The notes under the pieces: model-generated
What the model was told of the DNA's origin: nothing
Seen by the model: the letters and a program-made list of their open reading frames with translations, nothing else
Database searches by the model: none
Made by a program: the position numbers and the translations under genes
From: the human T2T-CHM13v2.0 reference genome, Homo sapiens
Length of the DNA stretch: 64,000 bases
Direction: 5' to 3' (one strand)
Assembly (NCBI RefSeq): GCF_009914755.1
Contig: NC_060933.1
Shown here: piece by piece, positions 1-12,639 of the stretch
Numbering within the stretch: position 1 is the stretch's first letter
How the letters are laid out: each line of letters opens with the position of its first letter

Positions 1-1058
1 TCGGGGAAGCCATCCAGCATAGTGCAGCCGCCACACAGTAGCACGTTGGCGGCCATCTCCTCCTTGAAGCCCGTGTCCTGGCAGCGGCCCAGGCAGGCAG
101 CTGTGAGCTCCGGGAGGCCCGGCTGGGTGCTGCCTGCCAGGGAGGGCTGGAAGAGCATCTCAGAGCAACGGAAGCGCTCCTGGCCAATGGTGATGAGTTT
201 GCCGTCCGGGAGCTCGTAGTCCACGCGCAGCTCCTCCGGGACCAGGCCCAGCTCCTCCTCGGGCAGGAAGGCCGCATAGCAGCACTTCTTCTTGATGTGC
301 TCTATGATGTGCAGGTGGTCGTCCGTGAATGCGTGGCCCGCCTCATTGAGCAGCTGCATCAGGTAGTTGGTGAGGTCACCCCCAGCGTAGTCGGCGCGGC
401 TGGTCAGGCCCGGCAGCACGTCGCCCTCGGATATGGGCACCACGTGCGAGACGCCGTGCCCGCTCTCCACCACCAGCCCCGAGGTCTTGCCGTAGGAGTA
501 GATGGACAGCAACGACTGGGACGTCACGTGCATGGCTGGGATGCCGAAGGTCTCAAACATGAGCTCCGCGTACTTCTCCCGGTTGCTGCTGGGGCTGAGC
601 GGAGGGTCGGAGACCAGCACAGCGTGCTCCTCGGGGAGGATCTTCATGGCGGTGCGGAAGATGTACTCCCAGATGTCCTGCACGCAGTCCCAGTCCACCA
701 CGATGCCGTGCTTCAGCGGGTTCACCAGCTTGAGAGGCGCCTCCGTGTTGAGCAGCTCATGGCCCACTAAAGTCCACTTGCGGGTGTCGCCAGCGTCGGC
801 CGCCTCGGGGCAGCGTTTGCCCACGGTGGAGGAGATGAAGTAGGTGGGCCTCGGCTCTCCCGCGTAGCCGCACTTGCAGTACTGGGAGCCCAGGTCGATG
901 ATGACCGCCTTGATCTTGTGCACCTTCCTGGGCTTCATCTTGAGCTGAGTGGCCGCACCTGTGTCCCGGAGGCTGGCGTCAGGGCCGGGCCGTGTTCCTG
1001 CCTCTCCAGGGTCACCCTGAGCCGTGCCCAGGGGCATGGGGCTGTTCCTTGTCGCCAT
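1..1058 (-). CDS. ACTL7B: Actin-like protein 7B, intronless; partial (C-terminus lies beyond the left edge)
   Basis: ATG at 1058-1056 reads [74 protein letters not shown]...; actin-fold motifs ([43 protein letters not shown]); frame open to base 1, so it is missing from the ORF track. Confidence 0.97.
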   Translation of the reverse strand, partial: MATRNSPMPLGTAQGDPGEAGTRPGPDASLRDTGAATQLKMKPRKVHKIKAVIIDLGSQYCKCGYAGEPRPTYFISSTVGKRCPEAADAGDTRKWTLVGHELLNTEAPLKLVNPLKHGIVVDWDCVQDIWEYIFRTAMKILPEEHAVLVSDPPLSPSSNREKYAELMFETFGIPAMHVTSQSLLSIYSYGKTSGLVVESGHGVSHVVPISEGDVLPGLTSRADYAGGDLTNYLMQLLNEAGHAFTDDHLHIIEHIKKKCCYAAFLPEEELGLVPEELRVDYELPDGKLITIGQERFRCSEMLFQPSLAGSTQPGLPELTAACLGRCQDTGFKEEMAANVLLCGGCTMLDGFP

Positions 1059-1133
1059 CTGCCTCCCTTGCTCCCCTTCTCACATCCACAGCCTAGAGCC
1101 CCCTGGGGAGAAATGAGATCCCCCACCTCCAGC

Positions 1134-1169
1134 AGTGCCATGACAACCACCCGGGATTGTGATGTCACT
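1134..1169. promoter_or_regulatory. ACTL7B proximal promoter: X-box (RFX)-like AGTGCCATGACAAC and CRE-like GTGATGTCACT
   Basis: Motifs at 1134-1147 and 1159-1169, 76-111 bp upstream of the ATG; the CRE-like 11-mer is shared with the ACTL7A promoter. Confidence 0.55.
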
Positions 1170-1759
1170 CGGGGCTGGTCCATTCAGGCAGCAGGGGAGG
1201 GCCTGGCTTTGGTCGGTTCTTGGTGTGTCACCCCCACCTCTCTAACTCAAGTTTGCTCCCGGACAGAGCAGGTGGCCGGCAGTTTTAGAAATCCAAGCAC
1301 ACTAGGGTCTCAGAGGTTTCTGCTCAGCCCCCTTGCATTTCCATGCCTAACCTGTTCACTACTGGACACCTTTCCTCTTCTGCTTCTTGGTGGAGAGGGC
1401 CTATTTGAGCCCCTCCAGTAAGGCAGGCACTGTACTAGTTACTTCACTTGTGTTGTTCTGCAGGTAGGCAGAGCTGAGGAAATGAGGCTCAGAATTCTAA
1501 GGACTTGCCCAAGAGCAAACAGCACTTGGGGTGTTTGTACCTTAACCCAAATTCATCAAACTCCAATGCACCAGGCCTCCTTAACCGCCCCAAGAGTTCT
1601 TTCCTCCCTTCACTCCACATTTACTGGAGTATATAGTAGGTCCCGCCCAGTGCAGCCTGCCAGTGATAGATGATTAAAAACCCAGGCCACCAGCAGTGCC
1701 CAGTCTAGACAAGAAAATGGAATGGGTGCCGATGGGTTTGCAGGAAGAAGTCTACTTGG

Positions 1760-2600
1760 AGAACTCATTTGAGGCAGGCAGTCAGAAGGTGCTCTAGAGA
1801 GGAGGTGATGCTTAAGTTGAATCCTGGAAGAGGTGTAGGTATTTGTCAAGTAGTTAAGAGGAGGGGAAGACATCCCAGGCAGAGAGCACAGCTTGAGCAA
1901 AGGCTCAAATGGAGGCACGGTGAAGAACTTCCCACAGTCAAAGTGTTTGGAAAAACAGATGAAGCTAGAGAAGTCACAGAGCCAAATAGAAAGGGCATCA
2001 AATGGCAGGAGTAGGTTTAGACTAAACTGAGGAGAGCCAGGGAAGCTATGAAGACTTTAAGCAGGGGAATGATCAGATTTGCCCTCTAGAAAAATGTTAG
2101 AAAGGGCCGGGCGTGGTGGCTCATGCCTGTAATCCCACCAGCACTTTGGGAGGCTGAGGCAGGTGGATCATGAGGTCAGGAGTTCAAGACCAGCCTGGCC
2201 AAGATGGTGAAACCCCATCTCTACTAAAAATACAAAAATTAGCTGGGCATGGTGGCGGGTGCCTGTAATCCCAGCTACTTGGGGGGCTGAGGCAGAGAAT
2301 TGCTTCAACCTGGGAGGCAAAGGTTGCAGTGAGCTGAGATCGCACCACTGCACTCCAGCCTGGGAGACAGAGTGAGACTCCATCTCAAAAAAAAAGAAAA
2401 GAAAAATAAAAATGTTAGAAAGATCTGCATTGGGCTGTAATGTAGAGAATGGATGGGAGGGGCAAGACTAGAAACTGAGACCCGAAACGAGGCCATTGGA
2501 GAACTTCTGATAAGACTTGAAGGTGGCCTGACCTAGGGCTGTGAGAGTGTGGAAGCAAGGAAGAGCCTAGTTCTAGAGAAACTTAGAAAGTAGAATAGAA
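1760..2600. mobile_element. Old L2-like fragments interrupted by an Alu
   Basis: Degenerate L2-like sequence (gaggaggtgatgcttaagttgaatcct..., gggaagctatgaagactttaagcagggga). Confidence 0.45.
2105..2408 (+). mobile_element. Alu (AluS-like) with target-site duplication
   Basis: GGCCGGGCGTGGTGGCTCA start, dimeric body, A tail; TSD AAAATGTTAGAAAG at 2091-2104 and 2409-2422. Confidence 0.95.
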
Positions 2601-2948
2601 TCCAATCTGTTTTTTCCCCAACCATCCCTCACTTTAATCCAAGCTCTTACTCTGACATTTCAGGGCTTCCCTCATGGGCTCCTGTGATGTGGGATGTGAG
2701 GCAGAGGGAAGGATGAATCGCTTACTTGTACCCGGGCAAAGAAAGATGGCCTGTCATCCAGAAAGGACAAATTCACGAGAGTGCCAGAGGGACCTGCAAC
2801 TTAAGCTGCCCCCTCCCACTCCAAAAATCAAAAAGGCAGTTTAGGGCTTTGGTGGTGAAGAGTCAACAGAAAAAGGGGAAGAGCGGCAACTGGGCCTGAG
2901 GAAGTTTTCTGGGAGAATTAAGATGAGCAGAGGTGCCTGAGGAATTGA

Positions 2949-3348
<400 letters not shown>

Positions 3349-3950
3349 CGCTGAATTGTTTCTTGGAACATGGCAGCATTCAACTATATTATTTGGGTAA
3401 CAACTTTCTAAGGGTTATAATTATGAACATCATGACCCAGAAATGCCCTGTGGTGGGATCATGAAATCACAGAAGCTGAGGATTGGACCCTTCAGTTCCT
3501 TCTAGAACATTCCATCCAGTAGTCTGACATGGACAGCTCACCCTATTTTGGCCAGCCATGAGTGATAAACGTTTCGTCACACTGGATTGGCATGTGTACC
3601 TCTCTGAAGCCATTAAATGGTCTTGGGTCTACTCTTGAAGTTCTACGGGGCAAGCAAATTCTTCCACGACAACTCTTAGGCTATTTAAAGGCAGTATTCA
3701 TGGACTGCCAGAGCCTACTTTTTATCCATTCCTTACAGAAAGGCAGTACAGAGCAGATGGAAGACTGAGGAACTGGATTCCGAAGACCTGGGTTCAAACA
3801 TAGACTTATTATTTATAATCTGTATGACTTTGGGTAAACTACTTGAAATGTTGTTTGAATGTGATTACCATTTTGCTATGTCCCCTCGTCAACTTGACCC
3901 CTACCCACAGCCTCCAGGTCTCTGCCTTGAGCTGCTAAGTGGATGATGGT

Positions 3951-3951
<1 letters not shown>

Positions 3952-3997
<46 letters not shown>
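3952..3997. repeat. (CA)n microsatellite
   Basis: Perfect AC run of about 23 units. Confidence 0.97.
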
Positions 3998-4002
<5 letters not shown>

Positions 4003-5154
4003 TTTGGGGTCTGCTGACTTAGAGATGCCCAAAGGTCACTAGGCTGTGGGACACTGGGCTGGAGCACATGGAAAGGGAAGCATCCGGATCCACATTTGCA
4101 TGCTCAGTAGCACATCTGCCCCTGAAGACAGCTCCTCTCCCTTCCACCTCGGGGAAATGGACACAGTCTTGGGACCTGGGTGTCCACACTGGGATCTGAG
4201 CTGTGAGAAAGCAGCTCAAAGTGCCTGTTTGGCAAGGATCTTCTTTGTTGGGAGCTCCTGACTCAGGGGTTCTCCAGCATATTCAAGAGTTGGAAAGGCT
4301 GTGGTGGGCTCCAGTAATTTTTAAGAAAAACTCCAGGTGATTCATGAGAAGAAATGCCATGCTGGATTTTCTTTTTTTCCCTCCCATTGCTGCTAAAATT
4401 CCAGAGGCCTGGCTCACCTCTCCTCCAAAGGTCAAGGGTGGGCAGTGTCCCAAAACTGAAGCCAGGAGCCAGGATGCACCTCAGGCAGAAGTGTGTTCTT
4501 TAATCTCACCTTTCCATGTTCTCTCCCTCCACTATAGAAGAGGATCCCAGGGTTGCATTTGAAAAGGGGTCATCCCATGGTTTTTTTGGTCTTGAGCCAG
4601 AGGGCTAAAAGTAGGTGTGATCCCATTAGAAAATGTGGCCCAATATATTTTGAGCACTATAGGGTGCCTCTCCCAAGAGGGACCTCACTAGGGACCCCAG
4701 AGGGCCCACACAGACCTTAGCTGGTGACAATTATGGGGGGTGTGTGTGCTAGGCAGTGGAGGTTTGGGGCACGGTGTCCACAGTCTCTGCATTCTTCCAT
4801 CATTACCACTAACCGTGTGATGACCCATAGAGGGAGAGAAGAGGCACAGAGGGTAACAGGAAGCTTAGGGGAAACAGGGTTTTTATTAGGAGCACCCAAC
4901 ATGTGAAACTCAGCGGTGAAGTAAAAGGAGGGCAAGTGTTTCATTGGCTTTTGCTCAGAGAATGTGAGGGGAATCCCTATGCTCAAGGACCTTACAGACT
5001 AGATAGAGTGACTGCCTTACACTAAAGCATCACCTCTTCCACACACAAATGCAGAAAGTGTGATGACAGATGACAGATGGGCAAGCCTGGGCAGCCCACG
5101 AAGAGCAAATGAGTCAGAGCATGTCAGGCTTGGAGTGTATTAGCAAAGAGGGAG

Positions 5155-5643
5155 GCACTGAACAGGTGAAAGGGTCCTCCAAAGGTGTCCACATCTTAAT
5201 CCCTGGGACCTGTGACTATATTAACTTTCATGCCAAAAGGGATTCTGTGGATGTGATTAAATGAAGGAATCTGAGATGGGGAGAGTATCCTGTATGGCCT
5301 GGGTGGGGCCAGTGTAATCACAAGGGTCCTTATATGGGGGATACAGGAGGGTCAAGGGCAGAGAAGCAGATGTGACAATGACAGCTCTAGTCTGAGAGTC
5401 TTCCAAGATGGAGGAAGGGACTATGAGCCAAGGAACACAGGTGGCCTCTAGGAGCTGGAGGCAAGAGGAAGTATTGTCTCCTACACCTCCAGAAGGAATA
5501 CAGCCCTGAAAGAACCTTAATTGTAGCCCACTAAGAAGAATTACGAACTTCTGACCTCCAAAATAGTAAGATAATAACTGTGAATTGCTTTAAGCCACTA
5601 AATCCATGGTAATTTGTTACAGCAGAAACAGGAAGCTAATACA
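5155..5643 (+). mobile_element. MaLR LTR (MLT1-like)
   Basis: gtccacatcttaatccctgggacctgtgactat...gtgattaaatgaagg...; typical 3' end ggtaatttgttacagcagaaacaggaagctaataca. Confidence 0.8.
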
Positions 5644-6709
5644 GGCTCTTCTAGGAGTCCAGGTTAGTGAAAAGGCACCAAGCAGCTATAGATTTCGCAA
5701 CATTCAAGTAGGGTTTGGGAAGAAAAAAATGGAGGGTTTTAAATTACATATGCCTTTGGTTACCATATACAGCACTTTTGAAATAAAGTGAAACAACCTG
5801 AGTTGCCCACGCAAATCCCTGAACGGCAGAGGCAATTAAACTGTTTTTCAGGCAGCCAGGCATCAAAAGTACTTTCCTATTTTTCCTTTAAAATTCCATG
5901 CCATCATCTCACCCACTAACCAATGAAGCAAGAAACTGAGATTTTGTCCTTGGGATGACACCTTGCTGCCCCCATCAGATAGTCACAAACCTCATGAGAC
6001 TGGACTTGGTCCTTTTCTTCTCTCATACCCAACAAGGAACTGAGAGCAACTCCCGTAGCCTCTCTAAAGGACAAAGCCCATTATTGTGGTGACTGCCTCT
6101 TTTATGAAGGGCTGGGATCAGGTTCAGGGTGTGGCATAACATAAGGTTGGATTCTGCCCTGAGTGTGGCAGGCATCCACACCAATGTGTCCAGCTTCAGA
6201 AATGGCATGCAAGATGGTGGCCAAACAGCCTAAGAGTTGCACGCTAGGTCCCATCAAGCTGTGTCCCAGCACATCCTGGGGAGGAAGCCACAGTCAGGAG
6301 AGCTTGGCTACTCCTGGTTGGATATCCTTGGGTGAGCTATGCACCTAAAAGCCTCAGTGTTGTCAGTGGGATTTTGTAGAGTCTAATTTCACTGTCTAGC
6401 CAATGACCCTGATGAAGGCACAGTAAGTGTACACATGTATATCCAAAAATAATTCCCCTTAAGGTTGTTCTAAGGGTCACCCTTAGTGCCCTTAGTCACC
6501 ATAGCAGCAAAGGATTCCCACTAACATCTAAATCAGATGGTGTCAGTGCTCTGTGCCAAATCCTCTAGTGCTTTCTGACCTTACCCACGATCCTTGCATT
6601 GGCCTATGAGGCCTACCATGAGCTGCTTGCCTTCCCCCACCCCATCTCATCTACTTTTCCTTACTCCTTCTATGCCAGCCACACTTTTCTTCCTGCTCCT
6701 CCTCTAACT

Positions 6710-6915
6710 CGAGAGGTCGGCAAACTTTTTAAGGGTCAGTCAGTATTTACTTTCTTTCAGCTTTTTGGGCAATGCAGTCTTCAATGCCGTGACTCAGCTC
6801 TACTGTTGTACTGCAATGCCAGTCACGGACAATACGTACATGAATGAGCACGGCTGTATTCCTATCCAACAAGCCGGGGACCGGATTGGACTGCAGCCTG
6901 CTGACCCCTGATCTA
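6710..6915. mobile_element. hAT-Charlie MITE (MER58-like) inside L2 remnants
   Basis: gaggtcggcaaacttttt...gctgacccctgatcta terminal inverted-repeat-like ends. Confidence 0.6.
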
Positions 6916-7325
6916 ACTCTTCAGTCACACATCTGCCTCCAGTCCTCTGCACCTGCTGCTCCCCTGACATACACATGGCTCTCTCCCTCACCTCCTGCAG
7001 GTCTTCATTCAAATGTCACCCTCTCAGGAAGCCCTGCCCAGGCCACACTAGCACTGCCACCCTGCTTTTGCTCTTAACGCTCATTTTGGTTATTGTCTGT
7101 CACCCCCACCCCCCACCGACTAGAATAAGGGATTTTGTCTGTTTTTTTCACCAGCGAATTCCCAGCTGCCTTGTATATAGCAGACATTCAAGAAATATTA
7201 ATTAATTGAATAAATCAGTCTTGTTACGAAATTTAGGAAAAGGGGAGCCATTTCAAAAACAATATCCCAAATGTACCCTAACACAGGATAAGGGTTTGCA
7301 ATATCTAGAAAGCCCAGGTCACCAG

Positions 7326-7351
7326 ATTACATCATAATTAGTGATGTCACT
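7326..7351. promoter_or_regulatory. ACTL7A proximal promoter: ATTACATCAT (ATF/CEBP-like) and CRE-like GTGATGTCACT
   Basis: GTGATGTCACT at 7341-7351, ending 99 bp upstream of the ATG. Confidence 0.55.
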
Positions 7352-7449
7352 GTTGGGAAAATTCTCAGGGTATCCTCTGATGTAGGCCTTTCAGGCCTTG
7401 AATCCAGTGGGATTGAGAACTTTCTAAGAGTGGTGCGGCTCTTGACAAC

Positions 7450-8757
7450 ATGTGGGCTCCACCAGCAGCAATCATGGGGGATGGGCCCACCAAGAAGGTG
7501 GGCAACCAGGCCCCCCTGCAGACACAGGCCCTCCAGACTGCCTCTTTAAGGGATGGCCCGGCGAAGCGGGCCGTGTGGGTCCGCCATACGAGTTCAGAGC
7601 CACAAGAACCTACTGAATCAAAGGCAGCCAAGGAGAGGCCCAAGCAGGAGGTGACCAAAGCAGTGGTCGTGGACCTGGGCACTGGCTACTGTAAATGTGG
7701 CTTTGCCGGCCTGCCAAGACCCACCCACAAGATCTCAACAACGGTGGGCAAGCCCTACATGGAGACCGCCAAGACTGGGGATAATCGCAAGGAGACATTC
7801 GTGGGGCAGGAACTCAACAACACAAACGTTCATCTCAAGCTGGTTAACCCTCTGCGACATGGCATCATCGTGGACTGGGATACAGTGCAGGATATCTGGG
7901 AATATCTCTTCCGACAAGAGATGAAGATCGCCCCGGAGGAGCATGCGGTCTTGGTTTCAGACCCGCCACTGAGCCCACACACCAACAGAGAGAAATATGC
8001 TGAAATGCTGTTTGAAGCCTTCAACACCCCTGCAATGCACATCGCCTACCAGTCGCGCCTGTCCATGTACTCCTATGGAAGGACCTCCGGCCTGGTGGTG
8101 GAGGTGGGCCATGGCGTGTCCTACGTGGTCCCCATCTACGAGGGTTATCCTTTGCCCAGCATCACCGGAAGGCTGGACTACGCGGGCTCTGACCTGACAG
8201 CCTACCTGCTGGGCCTGCTGAACAGTGCGGGGAACGAATTCACCCAGGACCAGATGGGCATCGTGGAGGACATCAAGAAGAAATGCTGCTTTGTGGCCCT
8301 GGATCCCATTGAGGAGAAGAAAGTCCCTCTCAGTGAGCATACGATCCGCTACGTGCTGCCGGATGGGAAGGAGATTCAGCTGTGCCAGGAACGGTTCCTC
8401 TGCTCGGAGATGTTCTTCAAGCCATCTCTCATCAAGTCCATGCAGCTGGGCCTCCACACCCAAACCGTGTCCTGCCTTAACAAGTGTGACATCGCCCTCA
8501 AACGGGACCTCATGGGGAACATCCTGCTCTGCGGGGGCAGCACGATGCTCAGTGGCTTCCCTAACCGTCTGCAGAAGGAGCTAAGCAGCATGTGTCCCAA
8601 TGACACCCCGCAGGTAAACGTGCTGCCTGAAAGAGACAGTGCCGTGTGGACCGGTGGCTCCATCCTGGCCTCACTTCAGGGTTTCCAACCATTGTGGGTC
8701 CACCGCTTTGAGTACGAGGAACACGGGCCTTTCTTCCTCTACAGAAGGTGCTTCTGA
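7450..8757 (+). CDS. ACTL7A: Actin-like protein 7A (435 aa), intronless
   Basis: 435-aa [19 protein letters not shown]...FFLYRRCF with an N-terminal extension of about 65 aa and a complete actin fold ([36 protein letters not shown]). Confidence 0.99.
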   Translation: MWAPPAAIMGDGPTKKVGNQAPLQTQALQTASLRDGPAKRAVWVRHTSSEPQEPTESKAAKERPKQEVTKAVVVDLGTGYCKCGFAGLPRPTHKISTTVGKPYMETAKTGDNRKETFVGQELNNTNVHLKLVNPLRHGIIVDWDTVQDIWEYLFRQEMKIAPEEHAVLVSDPPLSPHTNREKYAEMLFEAFNTPAMHIAYQSRLSMYSYGRTSGLVVEVGHGVSYVVPIYEGYPLPSITGRLDYAGSDLTAYLLGLLNSAGNEFTQDQMGIVEDIKKKCCFVALDPIEEKKVPLSEHTIRYVLPDGKEIQLCQERFLCSEMFFKPSLIKSMQLGLHTQTVSCLNKCDIALKRDLMGNILLCGGSTMLSGFPNRLQKELSSMCPNDTPQVNVLPERDSAVWTGGSILASLQGFQPLWVHRFEYEEHGPFFLYRRCF

Positions 8758-8856
8758 ACGGCGACGAGGATGGACACTGCACTGGCAGTGCCTACCCTCG
8801 ACAGGGTGAGCGCACTCCTACACACAGGGGGTGGAGCCGGCGCTTATTCCTGTAGC

Positions 8857-8862
8857 ATTAAA
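8857..8862 (+). terminator. Probable ACTL7A polyadenylation signal ATTAAA
   Basis: ATTAAA 100 nt after the stop codon, followed by GT/T-rich gtgtgtttctct. Confidence 0.65.
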
Positions 8863-10964
8863 CACCCCTCATATGCCCCTCCACAGTGTGTTTCTCTACT
8901 TCCTGACTTCATAAGAAACAACTTCACACGTGCAGCATCTGCCTTAAAATATACATTTCCCAAAACAAAAGCAGGAGTAGGGGGAGGATGAACAAAAAAG
9001 GGCATGCATTGTATGTGGATTGCTTAAACATTCACTTGTTCTAAAATTATGCTGCCCCTTATTTTGTGCATTCCCCGCTTTAGGAACTACTTTACGGTTA
9101 AACTCTGCTTGGAAGGGGGAGTGCAATGAAGATTAGAGGGTAAATGCTGTTGGGGCATATAAGCAGTTCCCTTTCCATAAATGCCAATAGGAAGTATGCT
9201 GTAACAGTGCAAACTCCCACAAAGCATCAGTGTCCATTTCATACTTCATCAACAACCCTGAGGGACTGGAAAGAGCTGGCAAAGCTGTCTGAGCCCTGCT
9301 TTAACAGGAGTTTCTTTTAGTTCCAACAGTCATTTATGTCTCAGTACCAGTTCTTACTAAGCCATCACAGCGACTGGCTGCTGAAGCCTAGCATATTACA
9401 AGCAAGGCATTTGTATGTGCCTTAAAGGGCAACTCTTCAGAGAACAAGTGCTATACAGATTTCCCATTTTAAAAACTGAAGTAAGACTGATCTTGGGTTA
9501 TCAGCAGAGAGGTTAGGGATTGAGGCCACAGTCATTCTCTAGACACTTCAAGTAGTAGCTGACCATCTCCCAGCAGACTGGATTCTCCATCAGCCTAGAA
9601 CACACACGGTTGGAGTCTGGGGTGTGCTGAGGATAGAGGCTGCTGGTTCTGGGGCTGATGATATGGGTCTGTGGGAGGCTGCCCTATGTGGGTCATTCTA
9701 ACCCCACTGGGGAGCCCAAAGATACACAGAGACCCTCAGTAGCCAGGGAAGCCCTTCCAGGGCCCAGCGAGCTCTCTGGTGTTCCTGCAGGGGGAGTTTG
9801 TAATATGAGCACTTTAAATTGGAGATTCTTTAGAACAGCCTCCAATACATTCTCTGTCTTGTCTTTAAAGTTCAAAATCTGAACACTAGTTGGTGCACAA
9901 AACAGAGGATAGAACATGGGCTCTGGACTCTGTGGTTTGAAACGCAATTTTGCTACCACCTAACTGTGACTTGAGTTTGTTTGCTTGCCTGCAAAACTGA
10001 GTATAAATGCCTACCTCACACAGCTGATTAAAAAACAGCGAAAAATATCTGAATACCAGTATCTAGACTCCTGGGGGTCCTCACAATAGCTAGCTAGTAT
10101 CTTTAGGTTTCTACCTCTTATGCAGAAGGCCAGAAGTCTCTTACTATAGTCCTTAGCCACACAGGTACTCAAAGGCAGGCATTCTGCATTTAGAGGAGAG
10201 CTGGCACCTCCACCATCTCCAGGGAGAAGCCCTCCAGAGCTGCTCACTGGTTCCAGGCTTGCCTCGACAGCCTTGAAAGACCTAAAGTGCCTGACCCTGG
10301 ATCCAGGTCTGGTGACTAAGAGTATCTGGCTGGCACCAGCAGAAAGAGAGCCACAGAGGGGCATGTGAGGTTCCCATGGTTCAGCACGGATGACTAAGCC
10401 TTATGCTGGACTGTCAAGGAATCAGGAGTTGGGGACACTGACCTGAGAGAGAGGGACATCTTTACCTCAGTTTCTGCCCAAACCGCTCTACTGTCAACCC
10501 ATGATCATTCACTGATGCGCAAGTTGAAGTTTGGTTAGTTCTTAACCTTTGGACCTCTTTGGCAGGGGTGGTAAACCCATAAACCTCTTCTTAGAATAAT
10601 GTTATTAAATGCATAAAATAAAATGTATGATTACAGAGAAAACCTATCATACAGAAGTATGCTCTATCTACCGATCCCTTAGGGGTAAATAAACCCCATG
10701 TCAAAGATCCCTAAAAAAGGCGAGGGTCTTAATGAAGAGGAGGGTTGGGAGGTGGTTCTGGAGGATGGGCGTCTCCAGGCCTTCCTAGGCCTCAATGTTC
10801 ATTTTTAAATGAAAAATGCCAACTGAAGGCTGAACAATTGTGCAGTCTTTTTCAAACCACTTTATGAATTTTCTCACTTGATCCTCACAAGTATGCCCCA
10901 GTAGAAAAAGAGAATCTCCTCATAAAAAAGTGATAGTTACTAAGTATTTGGAACTTATCTTAGC

Positions 10965-11195
10965 ACAGTAGTTCTCAAGCAGGGGGCAACTTTGGCCTGT
11001 AGGGGACATTTAACAACGTCTAAAGATATTTGTGGGTGTCATAACAGGGGTGGGAGTGTGTACTACTGGCATCTAGGGGTTAGAGATGAGGGAAGTCGTT
11101 AAACATCTTACAATGTGCAGGGAAGCACCTCCCAACACCCAAAGAAAGAATGACATGAACCAAAATGACAACAGTGCCATTGAGAAACTCTGCTT
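10965..11195. mobile_element. MER20-like hAT DNA transposon
   Basis: cagtagttctcaagcagggggcaactttg...tactactggcatctag...gagaaactctgctta. Confidence 0.8.
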
Positions 11196-11885
11196 AGCTT
11201 GATGGGCACACACAAGACTGAAGGAAAGCAAGGCTCAGTGAGATTAAGTGACTTTGTCCAACACTGCTAAGATGGTTGGACACATGGCCCAAAGCCTTGT
11301 TCTTTCCTTTATAACCAGGAGGACAACTGCTGTTCCTAAATGTCCTGGGACTGTAGAGCCAGTAAGAATAGTGGTGGAGCAGCCCACTGCAGGCACAGGC
11401 AAGGGCTCAGGGAGCACAGAGAGCACAGAAACACGAGAATCCAAAGCAGGCCTTCAGCACTGCCAAATGTTACCAAATTAGCCTTGTCTTATCTCCAGCC
11501 TTGTGAATATGTATAGCTACCTAGCTCCTAAGATGTTTATTTGCACCCAGTTACTAATAAATACAACAAACAAGAAACAACAGCCAAAGACTCCCCAGGG
11601 CTTGTCCAGGCGGTGCTTCTAGAGAATATGGGAGTACAATAACCAGCACAAGAGGAAGAACAAATCTAATTTTGCTTCTCAAATTTGCAGTCACCTTAAG
11701 TTACCAAGCTTCATCAGTTTTACTTATTTTTAAAAACACCCACTTCAGCTATTGCTATGACAAATCTCTCAAATGTGTATGTATATATACATGCATATAT
11801 AATTAAATTTAATTTAAAATATGCAGCAGGGCTAAGAAATTGCACCAAGCTACATCCATAAAGGCATATAAAAATTGCTCCTAAG

Positions 11886-12172
11886 TTTTGTTTTGTTTTG
11901 TTTTGTTTTTTTGAGACAGAGTCTTGTTCTTGTCCAGGCTGATGTACAGTGGCACGATCTTGGCTCACTGCAACCTCCACCTTCCCAGGTTCAAGTGATT
12001 CTCCTGCCTCAGCCTCCCAAGTAGCTGGGATCACAGGTGCCCACCACCACACCGCCTAATTTTTTTTCTATTTTTAGTAAAGGTGAGATTTCACCATGTT
12101 GGCTAGGCTGGTCTCAAACACCTCAGCCTCCCAAAGTGCTGGGATTACAGGTGTGATCCACCGCACCCGGCC
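11886..12172 (-). mobile_element. Alu with small internal deletion
   Basis: Reverse Alu; ggtctcaaacacctcagcctccc lacks part of the left arm. Confidence 0.93.
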
Positions 12173-12639
12173 TCAGTTTTTTCAAAAGCATAAATTTAAA
12201 ATGCACTTTGACCGAAGAAGACAGTCTTCTGCAAGTTCCTTCTTGAAGTTTAGAGCATCTGAGCAAAGCTATCTGACTCAATGGAACCAAGAAAAGTGAA
12301 GGTTTTAGCTTATTGCAGCATGAACTTGCTTTGGGACAGGATCCAAATTTATGTACTCTTTTCTAAAACTTGACAGACTCTTTCCCCCAAATTAAGCATT
12401 CATCACTCAGAGGAGTTTCCTCCTTTTCTCATACACTCAATTTTCCCCCATGAATATTCAATTCTTGGCTTTGCCTCAATTTGGAAGGTCTCCTCCTGCC
12501 TGCTTCTTCTAAAAAGGAACAAAATCCAATCCTGCTCAGATGAGAGAAACAGTAATTGATAGTAATTTGCATTCAAACAAATTATTTCTTGCTGCTTCAA
12601 TACATTATTTAAGGAAACTGAATGTCCAGGAAAATTCAC

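Noticed and set aside
22-843. Plus-strand ORFs 22-219, 297-770 and 502-843 that resemble minus-strand ORFs 7830-8042, 7957-8463 and 8376-8663
   Set aside because: They are antisense shadows of the paralogous ACTL7B and ACTL7A coding sequences; the similarity follows from paralogy and GC-rich codon usage
918-1421. 167-aa plus-strand ORF over the ACTL7B start and promoter
   Set aside because: Non-ATG start, no recognisable domain, GC-rich antisense context
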